Shown: positions 6,923 through 16,623 of the stretch, piece by piece
Layout of the letters: each line of letters starts with the position of its first letter
Position numbering within the stretch: the first letter of the stretch is position 1
From: an uncultured Chloroflexia bacterium
GTDB taxonomy: Bacteria > Chloroflexota > Limnocylindria > Limnocylindrales > CSP1-4
Direction: 5' to 3'
Assembly: GCA_963819655.1 (NCBI GenBank)
Contig: CAWFXA010000001.1
Location: forward strand, 544,001 to 608,000
Length of the DNA stretch: 64,000 nucleotides
Made by a program: the position numbers and the translations under genes
The notes under the pieces: generated by a model
What the model was told of the DNA's origin: nothing
The model's database searches: none
The model's input: the letters and a program-made list of their open reading frames with translations, nothing else

Positions 6923-9900
6923 ATGACAACCGAGATCCGACGCTTCGCGACGGTCGTCAACTCGGACCTCAAGGGTTCGACGGCCCTCGGGGAGATGCTG
7001 GATCCCGAGTCGCTCCGCGAGCTGCTGACCCGCTACTTCGACGAGATGCGGTTCGTGTACGAGTCGCACGGCGGCACCATCGAGAAGATCATCGGCGACG
7101 CCGTCGTGGCCGTCTTCGGCATGACCACGCCGCGCCCTGACGACGCCGTGCGCGCGGTGGAGGCGGCAGCCGAGAGCGTGGCGGTGCTCAACCGACTCAA
7201 CGACGAGTTCGAGCGGACGTGGGGCGTGCGGCTGATCGCGCGCACCGGGGTGAGCAGCGGGGACGTCGTCGTCGGCGAGGCGACCGCCGGTCAGCACGTG
7301 CTGACCGGCGACGCGATGACGATCGCCACCGCCATGGAGCAGAACGCGCCGCCGCTCGAGGTGCTGATCGCCGAGCCGACCTACGCCCTGGTGCGGGACG
7401 TCGTCGACGTCGAGCCCGCGCCCCCGGTCACCCCCAAAGGCATGGACATGTCGATCGGGGCATATCGGCTCATCTCTGTGCGTCGCGAAGGCGGCGAGCG
7501 TGACGCGTCGACCCCGGAAGCTGCGGCCGTCGGACGACGCGGATCACGCGAAAGCCGGAAGACGGTCACGCTCGTATTCGCCGACCCGCGCCCGATGTCG
7601 ATCACCGGTGAACCGATATCGCCTGAGGCGCTGCGGGAGGTGATGACCAGCTATTTCGACGCGATGCGCGCCGCGCTCGCTCGGCACGGGGCTACGATCG
7701 AAAAGTTCATCGGCGACGCCGTGATGGCCGTCTACGGGCTGCCGATCCGGCACGAGGACGACGCGATCCGCGCCGTGCGCGCCGCCGCCGAGATGCAGGC
7801 CGCGCTGCCCAACCTCAACGAGACGTTCCGCGATCGTTGGGGCGTCGAGTTGCACAATCACATCGGGGTCAACACCGGGGAAGTGATCGCCGGGGACGCC
7901 TCCACCGGCCAGCGGCTCGTGACCGGCGATGCCGTCAACACAGCAGCGCGGCTGGAACAGGCGGCCGGTCCGGGCGAGATCGTTCTCGGCGAACTGACGT
8001 ACCGCCTCGCCCGTGACGAGATCCAGGTCGAGGCCATCGCGCCGCTCACGCTCAAGGGCAAGGCCGAACCGGTCAGGGCCTACCGGCTCGTCGGTATCGG
8101 CGCCGGACCGACGGCTCGCGAAAGCACGTCTGCGCCGTTCGTGGGACGCGAGGCCGAGATGAGCCGGCTCACGTCGGCCCTCCTCGGGGTCACGACACAG
8201 GGGCGGCCCGAGCTGTTGACCGTCGTTGGCGATGCCGGCGTGGGCAAGTCGCGCCTCATCAGGGAGTTCGCTGCGACCGCGGGCCGCCACGCGCGGATCG
8301 TGCGCGGCCGATGCCTCCCGTACGGCGACGGCATCACGTTCTGGCCGCTGGCGGAGATCGTCCGCGACGCCGCGGGAGTGGTGGCCGACGACGCGCTCGA
8401 AGAAGCGTTCAGGAAAGTCCGCGACCTCGTGGACAGCGAGGGGATCGACCCCGCCGAACGGGCGGCGGTCGCCGAACGCGTCGCGGCGGCGATCGGTCTC
8501 GCGCAGACACAGTTCCCGGTGGCCGAGCTGTTCTGGGGCGCCCGCAAGCTCCTGGAGTCGCTGGCACGCGAACGGCCCCTGGTCATGATCGTCGATGACA
8601 TCCATGCCGCTGAGCCGACCCTGCTCGACCTGCTAGACCACATCGTGGAGCTGGCCGAGGACGCACCGATCCTCCTGCTGTGTTCCGCCCGCCACGAGCT
8701 CGTTGAGCGCCACGCCGCATGGTCCGAGGCACACGCCGATCAGCTGATCGTGCTCGCGCCGCTGTCGGACGACGACACAGGTCGCATGATCGACGAGATC
8801 CTCGGGCGCGCCGGCCTGGAGTCGGCCGTCATCGAACGAATCGTCGCGGCCGCCGAGGGCAACCCCCTGTTCGTCGAGCAGATGGTGTCGATGCTCGTCG
8901 ACAACGGCACGCTCCGGCGCGACGGTGCACGATGGACCGTCACGGGATCGGCCAACGATGTCGTCGTCCCACCGACCATCCACGCCCTCCTCGCTGCGCG
9001 CCTCGACGACCTCGGCGAGGACGAGCGCGCGGTCGTCGAACCGGCGTCGGTGGTGGGGCTCGTGTTCGCCGAGGCCGCCGTGGAGCACCTGATCGAGGCG
9101 GCCCGCCGCGCGACGGTGTCGCGCGATCTCGGCAGCCTGGCCCGCAAGCAGTTCGTGCGACCCGACCTGCTCGACGAGGAAGAGGCATATCGCTTCGGTC
9201 ATCAGCTCATCCGCGACACCGCCTATGGCAGCCTGCTGAAGCGCGAGCGTGTCGACCTCCATGAGCGGTTCGTCGAATGGGCGGACCGGATGAACCGGCA
9301 ACGCGGCCGCGAGACGGAGTTCGAGGAGATCCTCGGCTATCACCTGGAGCAGGCGTACCGCTACCGGACGGACCTCGGCCCGCTCGACGAGCATGGCGTC
9401 GCCCTCGGCACACGCGCCTCGCAGCGTCTCGCATCCGCCGGGCGGCGAGCCCTCGCCCGTGGCGACTTCCCCGCCGCGGCGAATCTCATAGAGCGGGCCG
9501 CCCGTGTCCTCGCCGAGGAAGACCCCGATCGGGCCAGGCTCCTCGTGTCGGCAGGCGAGGCGTTCATGGAGATCGGCGAGTTCGGCACGGCCGACGCGGT
9601 CCTCGTCCAGGCGACGGCCGAGGCCGACGCCCTCGGGGCGCGCCCCGTGTCGATCACGGCCGACCTGGTCCGCCTGCAACTGCACCTCCGGTCCGAATCG
9701 ACGACCTCGATCGACGACGTGATGCAGCAGACGCTCGACGGGATCCGCGACCTCGAGGGCTCCGACGATGCGAATGCCCTGGCACGGGCATGGCGCCTGC
9801 TGACGCTGGCGTACGGCGTCTCGGGCCGCTACGGCGAGGCCGGTGATGCGAACGAGAAGGCGATCGACTACGCGCGACGTGCGGGCGATCGAGTCATCGA

Positions 9901-10684
9901 GGCGCGACTCCACGCGTCGTCCGCGATGGTCGCGTTCTACGGGCCGACCCCGGTCTCCGACGCCATCGCCGTGTGCGAGGGCCTGCTCCGGCTCAGCGAG
10001 GGCGACCGGCGGGCGCAGGCCACGACCCTCGCGGCGCTCGCCCATCTCCGGGCGATGGTCGGCGAGTTCGAGCGCGCGCGTGAAGACTATCGGGTCGGTC
10101 GCGCCACGCTCGAGGAGCTCGGGCTGCTCTTCGACGCACACACGATCTCGATCGATTCAGGGCCGGTCGAGCTGCTCGCGGGCGATCCGGCGGCGGCGGA
10201 GGTCGAGCTCCGCAAGGATTACCAGGCGCTCGATGCGATGGGTGAGCGCAATTACATCTCGACGATCGCGGGTCTCCTGGCAGAGGCCCTCTACCAGCAG
10301 GGCAGGTTCGAGGAAGCCGGGACGTACGCCTCGGTCTGCGAGGATGTCGCGGCCGCCTCCGACGTGTACTCGCAATACCTCTGGCGGGGCATCCGGGGAA
10401 AGCTGCTGGCCCGCGACGGATCCCACGACGAGGGGGTCGAGCTGGCGCGCTCCGGGGTGGTCGAGACGCGTGCGTCCGACGACATCGAAGGGCAGGCGAA
10501 TGCTCTCGTCTTCCTGGCCGAGGCGCAGGCGGCCGCGGGCCGGTTCGAGGACGCAGCCGGGTCCGCGGCGGAGGCGCGCACGCTGTTCGAGCTGAAGGGC
10601 AATGTCGTGTCCGCGGCGCGGATCGACGAGCTCCTGTCGGTCGCGGGCGTCAGCCCGTCGGGTCGAGCGGTCTCCCCGGCCTAG
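6923..10684 (+). CDS. Tandem class III adenylate/guanylate cyclase domains + AAA/STAND P-loop ATPase + TPR-like helical region
   Basis: Two cyclase repeats (SDLKGST..EKIIGDA; FADPRP..EKFIGDA..GDAVNTAARLE); Walker A GDAGVGKS; Walker B MIVDDIH; GNPLF motif; TAGACT 6 nt before ATG (leaderless). Confidence 0.9.
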   Translation: MTTEIRRFATVVNSDLKGSTALGEMLDPESLRELLTRYFDEMRFVYESHGGTIEKIIGDAVVAVFGMTTPRPDDAVRAVEAAAESVAVLNRLNDEFERTWGVRLIARTGVSSGDVVVGEATAGQHVLTGDAMTIATAMEQNAPPLEVLIAEPTYALVRDVVDVEPAPPVTPKGMDMSIGAYRLISVRREGGERDASTPEAAAVGRRGSRESRKTVTLVFADPRPMSITGEPISPEALREVMTSYFDAMRAALARHGATIEKFIGDAVMAVYGLPIRHEDDAIRAVRAAAEMQAALPNLNETFRDRWGVELHNHIGVNTGEVIAGDASTGQRLVTGDAVNTAARLEQAAGPGEIVLGELTYRLARDEIQVEAIAPLTLKGKAEPVRAYRLVGIGAGPTARESTSAPFVGREAEMSRLTSALLGVTTQGRPELLTVVGDAGVGKSRLIREFAATAGRHARIVRGRCLPYGDGITFWPLAEIVRDAAGVVADDALEEAFRKVRDLVDSEGIDPAERAAVAERVAAAIGLAQTQFPVAELFWGARKLLESLARERPLVMIVDDIHAAEPTLLDLLDHIVELAEDAPILLLCSARHELVERHAAWSEAHADQLIVLAPLSDDDTGRMIDEILGRAGLESAVIERIVAAAEGNPLFVEQMVSMLVDNGTLRRDGARWTVTGSANDVVVPPTIHALLAARLDDLGEDERAVVEPASVVGLVFAEAAVEHLIEAARRATVSRDLGSLARKQFVRPDLLDEEEAYRFGHQLIRDTAYGSLLKRERVDLHERFVEWADRMNRQRGRETEFEEILGYHLEQAYRYRTDLGPLDEHGVALGTRASQRLASAGRRALARGDFPAAANLIERAARVLAEEDPDRARLLVSAGEAFMEIGEFGTADAVLVQATAEADALGARPVSITADLVRLQLHLRSESTTSIDDVMQQTLDGIRDLEGSDDANALARAWRLLTLAYGVSGRYGEAGDANEKAIDYARRAGDRVIEARLHASSAMVAFYGPTPVSDAIAVCEGLLRLSEGDRRAQATTLAALAHLRAMVGEFERAREDYRVGRATLEELGLLFDAHTISIDSGPVELLAGDPAAAEVELRKDYQALDAMGERNYISTIAGLLAEALYQQGRFEEAGTYASVCEDVAAASDVYSQYLWRGIRGKLLARDGSHDEGVELARSGVVETRASDDIEGQANALVFLAEAQAAAGRFEDAAGSAAEARTLFELKGNVVSAARIDELLSVAGVSPSGRAVSPA

Positions 10685-11313
10685 GTGCGCGGGACCGGGC
10701 GCATCGGATAGACACCCACGACGATCGGCGCGAGCGGGTCGAACGAGAGCTCATAGCCGATCTCGCCACCGCGTAGCAGCTCGCCGAGGAGCGATCCCTC
10801 GCGGGACGGCAGGCCGACGTACACGCGCCCGCCCTCGAGCTCGACCTGGGTCACGTCGTCATCCGTGCCGTCGATCGCGAAACGGCGCCGGAGCTCGTGC
10901 ATCGGCACGTACGGGCGGCTCTTGATGAACCGCCGCAGCTGGGGCGCCGTGCAGCCGTTCGGTCGGTCGTTGCGTGGCTCGGTCTCGGCCGCGCCATTCC
11001 CGTTGACGTGGATCGCCGGTATGGGCGCGTGGCCGCCCGAGCCGTTCGTCGCGACGGGAGCCGTCGCGGGCGGTGGCGAGTCAGGCGGCGGGCCTGGCTG
11101 CGTGGCAGACACGTGCTGGACCGGGGCGACCGGGGCGACCGGTCGTTCGGCGGCGGCTTCAGGGCTGGTCGAGCGCGGCGCTGCCGTACCCGGATCGGAC
11201 GGCGCGGTCTCGATCGGTGCGGGTGCGACCGGCCGATTGGCGGTCGCGTCGGGACGTGGTCCGTCGTTGCGGTGCCGGCCGTGGTGCGGTCGGCCGTGGT
11301 GGCGTCTGCTCAT
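10681..11313 (-). CDS. Hypothetical protein: Pro-rich disordered N-terminus, compact C-terminal domain
   Basis: Plausible globular C-terminus (QLRRFIKSRPYVPMHELRRRF...); fills the gap between genes. Confidence 0.65.
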   Translation of the reverse strand: MSRRHHGRPHHGRHRNDGPRPDATANRPVAPAPIETAPSDPGTAAPRSTSPEAAAERPVAPVAPVQHVSATQPGPPPDSPPPATAPVATNGSGGHAPIPAIHVNGNGAAETEPRNDRPNGCTAPQLRRFIKSRPYVPMHELRRRFAIDGTDDDVTQVELEGGRVYVGLPSREGSLLGELLRGGEIGYELSFDPLAPIVVGVYPMRPVPRT

Positions 11314-11471
11314 CGGCTGCACCGATGGCGGCCGGTCCCCCGGCGATCATGCTCGGCGACGGGTCGTCGCCGTCGGAAGGTGGGCATCGAGTCTCGATCA
11401 GTGGGCGGCGGCCGCTCGGATACGACCGTCGGCCGATGATACCCCAGGGCGCCGCTCGACTCCCGCGGTGT

Positions 11472-11527
11472 CGCTCGGCCCGGGCGACCGCTCAGCCCAG
11501 GACGACCGCTCAGCCCGGGACGACCGC
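11472..11527. repeat. Three degenerate 17-18-bp tandem copies of the 3' end of the M24 peptidase gene
   Basis: cgctcggcccgggcgac / cgctcagcccaggacgac / cgctcagcccgggacgac. Confidence 0.75.
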
Positions 11528-13027
11528 CAGTTCGCGCGGTGCCTCGTTGAGCACGATCGGGCCATCCTCGCCGCACACGACGATGTCCTCGATGCGCGCC
11601 CCGTACTCACCGGCGTAGTAGATCCCAGGCTCCACGCTGAACGCCATGCCGGCGGCGAGTGGCATGTCGTTGCCGGCGACGAGGTACGGATCCTCGTGTC
11701 CGTCGAGGCCGATGCCGTGGCCTGTCCGGTGGAAGAACGCCTCACCGTGGCCGGCCGCGTCGATCACCGAGCGGGCGGCCTCGTCGACCTCCTCGCAGGC
11801 GACACCCGGTCGGACAGCCCGCGTCCCGCTGGCCTGCGCCTCGTACAGGACCTCGAACAGATCCCGGAATCGCTCGTCCGGACCCGCTGTCGCGTCTCCG
11901 CCGTTGACCCACAGCGTCCGGGTGATGTCCGAACCGTAGCCGCCGAGCGTGCCGCCGATATCGAGGACGATCGGCTCACCCGGCCCGATGACGCGGTCCG
12001 ACGCCTCGTGGTGCGGTGACGCGGAGTTCGGGCCCGAGGCGACGATCGCGAACTGGGCCGTCTGGTGCCCTTCCTCGATGAGTGCGTCACGGACCTCGCG
12101 TGCCACGTCGGCCTCGGTACGGCCCGCGAGCCGGCCGGCCGCGATCCGCTCGACGACGCGGTCGGCGGCGCGGGCGGCCGCGGTCAGCAGTGCGACCTCG
12201 TCCGCGTCCTTGATCATGCGCAGGTCGCGCAGGACCGTCGAAGCGAGTGAATAGGTCGCCGACCGGCCGACGGCCGCCTGGAGGCGGAGCAGGTGCATCG
12301 CCAGCATCGTGTCCGACACGGCCACACGCCCGGTCGCCGGGATGCCGGCGACACCGATCCTGTAGGGATCGTCCGTTTCCTCCCAGGTCACGATCCTGAC
12401 CGGTGTCCGCAGTCCGTCCTCCGCAGCGCCACGTTCGAGGCGCGGGACGACGATGACGGGCTCCGCGCCGGGGCGAAGGATCAGCATCGTCAACCGCTCG
12501 AGCGGCATCGCCTCGTACCCCGTGAGGTAGCGCATGTCGGACCCGACGCCGACGAGCAGCGCGTCCAGCCCGGCCGCCTCCGTGGCCGCGACTGCCCTGG
12601 CCAGCCGGTCCGTGAAGCGCTCCTCGGGGATGCTCAGCCGGTCGGCCAGCGTCACGTGTTGCGTCCGGGCCACCTGGCCCCGCTCCACGAATGCCGCGAT
12701 CGTGGCCGGGCCGTCCTCGAACAGCTTGCGGTAGGCGTACACACGTTCCGCCCCACGGGCGAGGGCACGCTTGCGCAGCTCGTGGTCGTCGTGCTGGCCG
12801 ACTGCCACCACCCGCGCTCCGGCCGACCGAGCCCGCTCGATCGCCACCAGCGGGTCGTACGCGCGCGCCGTCATGTCGACGATCGCGAGGTCCGCGTCGA
12901 GCAGGGCTTGGTCGAACTCCGGCGCGGTCTTGGCGCGGATGGGCACGCCACCGGCGGCCTGCACAGCTCGGGCCAGTCGATCCGACCAGATCAGGTCCTG
13001 GGCGAGGATCGCGATCCGCGAGGCCAC
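11510..13027 (-). CDS. Xaa-Pro (M24) peptidase with an in-frame N-terminal receiver-like domain
   Basis: M24 motifs PHH, DIGG..GYGSDITRT, HRTGHGIG, HE, EPGIY, RIED; N-terminal ~115 aa have a CheY-like beta/alpha pattern (LAIVDM). Confidence 0.85.
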   Translation of the reverse strand: MASRIAILAQDLIWSDRLARAVQAAGGVPIRAKTAPEFDQALLDADLAIVDMTARAYDPLVAIERARSAGARVVAVGQHDDHELRKRALARGAERVYAYRKLFEDGPATIAAFVERGQVARTQHVTLADRLSIPEERFTDRLARAVAATEAAGLDALLVGVGSDMRYLTGYEAMPLERLTMLILRPGAEPVIVVPRLERGAAEDGLRTPVRIVTWEETDDPYRIGVAGIPATGRVAVSDTMLAMHLLRLQAAVGRSATYSLASTVLRDLRMIKDADEVALLTAAARAADRVVERIAAGRLAGRTEADVAREVRDALIEEGHQTAQFAIVASGPNSASPHHEASDRVIGPGEPIVLDIGGTLGGYGSDITRTLWVNGGDATAGPDERFRDLFEVLYEAQASGTRAVRPGVACEEVDEAARSVIDAAGHGEAFFHRTGHGIGLDGHEDPYLVAGNDMPLAAGMAFSVEPGIYYAGEYGARIEDIVVCGEDGPIVLNEAPRELAVVPG

Positions 13028-13034
13028 GAGCCGG

Positions 13035-13535
13035 TCAGTCGATGGTCTGGGCGAGGTGGTGGAAGATGTCGCGCGCGGTCACCACGCCCGTGGGGCGGCC
13101 GTCCTCGACGATCGGGATGTGGCGGAAACCACCGACCGCCATCTTGTGGATCGCGACCGCGATCGGGTCGTCGTGCCGGAGCACCACCGGATCCGGCGTC
13201 ATGAAATCGCGCACATGGAACGACGACAGCTGTTTGCCGGCGGCCTTCACGACGGCGTCGCGATCGGTGAAGATCCCGACCAGCCGGTCGCCGGCCATGA
13301 CCAGGACGCAATCGGTCTCGGCCTCGTACATGCGGGCGATCGCTACGTCGATCGGCGTGTCCGCGGTGACCGAGATCGGCGGGGGCGCGCCGAGCTCGTC
13401 GAGGTGCTCCCCGAGGAGCTGACCCTTGAACGCCGGGGCCTGCGTGGGTGTGTCGTGGCCGAAGATGTCGGCCCCGCAGTTGTCGCAGATGTCGGCGCCG
13501 CTGAGATTGACGAAGCCGCACACGGGACAGCGCAT
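13035..13535 (-). CDS. Zinc-ribbon + CBS-pair protein
   Basis: CPVCG..CDNCG followed by a CBS pair (GIFTDRD, FRHIPIV); GGAGGG RBS. Confidence 0.85.
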   Translation of the reverse strand: MRCPVCGFVNLSGADICDNCGADIFGHDTPTQAPAFKGQLLGEHLDELGAPPPISVTADTPIDVAIARMYEAETDCVLVMAGDRLVGIFTDRDAVVKAAGKQLSSFHVRDFMTPDPVVLRHDDPIAVAIHKMAVGGFRHIPIVEDGRPTGVVTARDIFHHLAQTID

Positions 13536-13588
13536 CCCGTCGTCGGCGCCCTCCTGACCGGCGACGATGCCGTCGTCGCCACCGGCCA

Positions 13589-14767
13589 CTATTCGACCGT
13601 CCACGTCTCACCGCCGTTCAGCACGCGCGCGAGGTCGCCCTCGCCGGATCGGGCCACGGCAGCCGCCAGCTGCTCGTCGATGAGCCGATCGTGGGTCGGC
13701 CGGATCGTCGCGCGCAGGACACCGACCGGGACCGGGAAGTCAGGCCAGAACATGCGTGACAGGACGAGCGCCAGGTAGGGATCGTCGGCTGCCTCGTCGT
13801 GCACGAGCAGGTCCGCTTCCGTCACGCCGTCCTGGCCGATCGTCACGACCTCGGGGTGGAGACCGCGCAGCCGGATGCCCTTGTCGCGGTCCTTGCCGAA
13901 GATCATCGGCTTGCCGTGCTCGAGGACGAGCATGCGGTCCTCGCGCACCTCGCGGTCGGTGAAGTCCCGCCACGCACCGTCGTTGAAGATGTTGCAGTTC
14001 TGGAGGACCTCGACGAAGGAGCTGCCCTTGTGGCGGCCCGCCCGCTCGAGCGTGTGCTGGAGGTGCTCGGTGTGGGTATCGACCGAGCGCGCCACGAACG
14101 AGGCCTCGGACGCCAGCGCGAGGGTCAACGGCATGATCGGCGTGTCGATCGTGCCCATCGGGGTCGACTTGGTCCTTTTGCCGAATTCCGATGTCGGTGA
14201 CGCCTGGCCCTTGGTCAGACCGTAGATCCGGTTGTTGAACATCACGAGGGTGATGTCGACGTTGCGGCGCATCGAATGGATGACGTGGTTGCCGCCGATC
14301 GACAGCGCGTCGCCATCGCCCGTGATGACCCAGACCATGAGGTCGGGCCGAGCTGCCTTGAGCCCGGTCGCGAGCGTCGGCGCGCGGCCGTGGATCGTGT
14401 GGAACCCGAACGTGTTCATGTAGTACGGCAGCCGGCCCGAGCAGCCGATGCCGGAGATGAAGACGATGTCCTCCTTCTTGTAGCCGAAGTCGGGCATCAT
14501 CTTCTGGGTCTGCGCGAGGATCGAATAGTCCCCGCAGCCAGGGCACCAGCGGACCTCCTGGTCGGACACGAAGTCCTTGCGGGTCAGCGCGATGACCTGT
14601 GCGTTCTCGGGGCTAAGTGTCTGCGAGAGTCCCTCCGAGGGCCGAGGTGAAGCGCCCGCGGGCCCTCGGCCCGAGGATTCCGCGCCGTTGCCGTCGACGG
14701 TCGCTCCGGCGCCGTTCGTTCCGCCGTTCGTGCCGGCGCCGTTCGTACCCATGGTCTCCTCGGTCAT
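13589..14767 (-). CDS. korB: 2-oxoacid:ferredoxin oxidoreductase beta subunit
   Basis: WCPGCGD, SGIGCS, HGR, GDGD..SIGGNH, NNRIYGLTKGQ TPP-binding motifs. Confidence 0.93.
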   Translation of the reverse strand: MTEETMGTNGAGTNGGTNGAGATVDGNGAESSGRGPAGASPRPSEGLSQTLSPENAQVIALTRKDFVSDQEVRWCPGCGDYSILAQTQKMMPDFGYKKEDIVFISGIGCSGRLPYYMNTFGFHTIHGRAPTLATGLKAARPDLMVWVITGDGDALSIGGNHVIHSMRRNVDITLVMFNNRIYGLTKGQASPTSEFGKRTKSTPMGTIDTPIMPLTLALASEASFVARSVDTHTEHLQHTLERAGRHKGSSFVEVLQNCNIFNDGAWRDFTDREVREDRMLVLEHGKPMIFGKDRDKGIRLRGLHPEVVTIGQDGVTEADLLVHDEAADDPYLALVLSRMFWPDFPVPVGVLRATIRPTHDRLIDEQLAAAVARSGEGDLARVLNGGETWTVE

Positions 14768-16623
14768 GCCGGCACTCCCATGATCCTCTCCGCCTCCTCC
14801 ACGATCTCGACGATCCGGAAGGGCTTGCCACGCACGCGGTCGTAGCCGATCGCATCGACGAGGTAGCGGGCCCGGACGAGCAGCAGCAGCTGGCCGAGGT
14901 TCACCTCCGGGATGAGGACCTTGCCATAGCTCCGCAGGACCGCCTCGGTGTTCGCCGGGAACGGGTTGAGGTGGCGGATGTGGGCGTGCGCCACGGAGCG
15001 CCCATCGGCCTGCAGGCGCTCGACCGCCGAGCGGATGGCGCCGTACGTCGAGCCCCAGCCGAGGATGAGCAGATCTCCCTCGGCTGGGCCGAACACCTCG
15101 AGCGGCGGGATGTCCGTCGCGATCCCGGCGACCTTGGCCTGCCGGAGCACCTGCATCCGGTGGTGGTTGTCCGGGTCGTAGCTGACGTTGCCTGTGATAT
15201 CCGCCTTCTCGAGCCCGCCGATCCGGTGCTCGAGCCCAGCGGTCCCCGGCACGGCCCACGGGCGGGCCAGCGTGTCCGGGTCGCGCAGGTACGGCTGGAA
15301 CGGGTCATCGCCCTTGACGGCGTTGGGGACCGCGATCGACGGCAGGTCGGCGATGGACGGGATGCGCCAGGGCTCGGAACCCGTCGCGAGGAACGCATCG
15401 GACAGGTAGACGACCGGTGTCATGTACTTGAGGGCGAGCCGCGCTGCCTCGATGGCGTAATCGAAGCACTCGCCCGGCGTCGCCGGCGCGACGACCGGCA
15501 GCGGCGAGTCGGAGTTCCGCCCGAACATGACCTGAAGCAGGTCGGCCTGCTCGTTCTTGGTCGGCATCCCGGTCGACGGTCCGGCGCGCTGGACATCGAT
15601 GAGGACCAGCGGCAGCTCGACCATCACCGCCAGGCCGAGAGCCTCGCTCTTGAGGGCGATGCCGGGACCCGAGCTTGCCGTCAGCCCGAGCGCACCGCCG
15701 TAGCTCGCGCCGATCGCGGCGCCGATGGCCGCGATCTCGTCTTCGGCCTGGAACGTCTTGACTCCGAACGACTTGTAGCCCGACAGCTGGTGGAGGATGT
15801 CCGAGGCCGGGGTGATCGGATACGAGCCGTAGAACAGCTGGCGGTCGGCCAGCTTCGAGGCGGCCAGGAAGCCAAGCGCGGTCGCCTCGTTGCCGGTGAT
15901 GTTCCGGTACGTGCCCGGCGGCAGCTTCGCGGGGCGGACGCGGTAGTGCGTGTGGAACATCTCGGTCGTCTCGCCGTAGGCGTAGCCGGCCTTGAGCGCG
16001 CGCTTGTTCGCCTCGGCGATGACCGGGCGGGCGGAGAACTTCGAGTCGATCCAGTGCAGTGTCCCGTCCATGCTCCGCTCGTACAGCCAGAACATCAGGC
16101 CCAGGGCGAAGAAGTTCTTGGTCAGGTCCTTCTGCTTACTGGTCATCTCGAGCCCGTCGAGCGAACGTTCGTTGAGCGACGAGATCGGGATCTCGAAGGT
16201 CGTGAAGGCCTTGAGGGAGCCGTCGGACAAGGGGTTCGCGGCATAGGCCGCCTTGTTGAGATTGGCCTGCGTGAACGCGTCGCTGTTGACGATCAGAGCG
16301 CCGCCCGGCGGCAGGTCGCCGATGTTCGTCTTGAGCGCCGCAGGGTTCATCGCAACGAGGACGTCCGGCTGATCGCCCGGTGTGTGGATGTCTGTCGAGC
16401 TGAAGCTGATCTGGAACCCGCTGACACCGGGCAGCGACCCCGCCGGCGCGCGGATCTCGGCCGGGAAGTCGGGCAATGTGCTGATGTCGTTGCCGAACAC
16501 GGCAGCTGTGCGCGTGAACTGGGTTCCGGTCAGCTGCATGCCGTCGCCGGAATCGCCCGCGAACCGGATCGTGACCCGTTCGAGCTCCTGGATCGGGAGC
16601 TCCTGCTCCGTGGTCGTCGTCAT
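14764..16623 (-). CDS. korA: 2-oxoacid:acceptor oxidoreductase alpha subunit (gamma-alpha fusion)
   Basis: FAGDSGDGMQ, YPITPASDI, QAEDEIAA, QRAGPSTGMPTK. Confidence 0.93.
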   Translation of the reverse strand: MTTTTEQELPIQELERVTIRFAGDSGDGMQLTGTQFTRTAAVFGNDISTLPDFPAEIRAPAGSLPGVSGFQISFSSTDIHTPGDQPDVLVAMNPAALKTNIGDLPPGGALIVNSDAFTQANLNKAAYAANPLSDGSLKAFTTFEIPISSLNERSLDGLEMTSKQKDLTKNFFALGLMFWLYERSMDGTLHWIDSKFSARPVIAEANKRALKAGYAYGETTEMFHTHYRVRPAKLPPGTYRNITGNEATALGFLAASKLADRQLFYGSYPITPASDILHQLSGYKSFGVKTFQAEDEIAAIGAAIGASYGGALGLTASSGPGIALKSEALGLAVMVELPLVLIDVQRAGPSTGMPTKNEQADLLQVMFGRNSDSPLPVVAPATPGECFDYAIEAARLALKYMTPVVYLSDAFLATGSEPWRIPSIADLPSIAVPNAVKGDDPFQPYLRDPDTLARPWAVPGTAGLEHRIGGLEKADITGNVSYDPDNHHRMQVLRQAKVAGIATDIPPLEVFGPAEGDLLILGWGSTYGAIRSAVERLQADGRSVAHAHIRHLNPFPANTEAVLRSYGKVLIPEVNLGQLLLLVRARYLVDAIGYDRVRGKPFRIVEIVEEAERIMGVPA

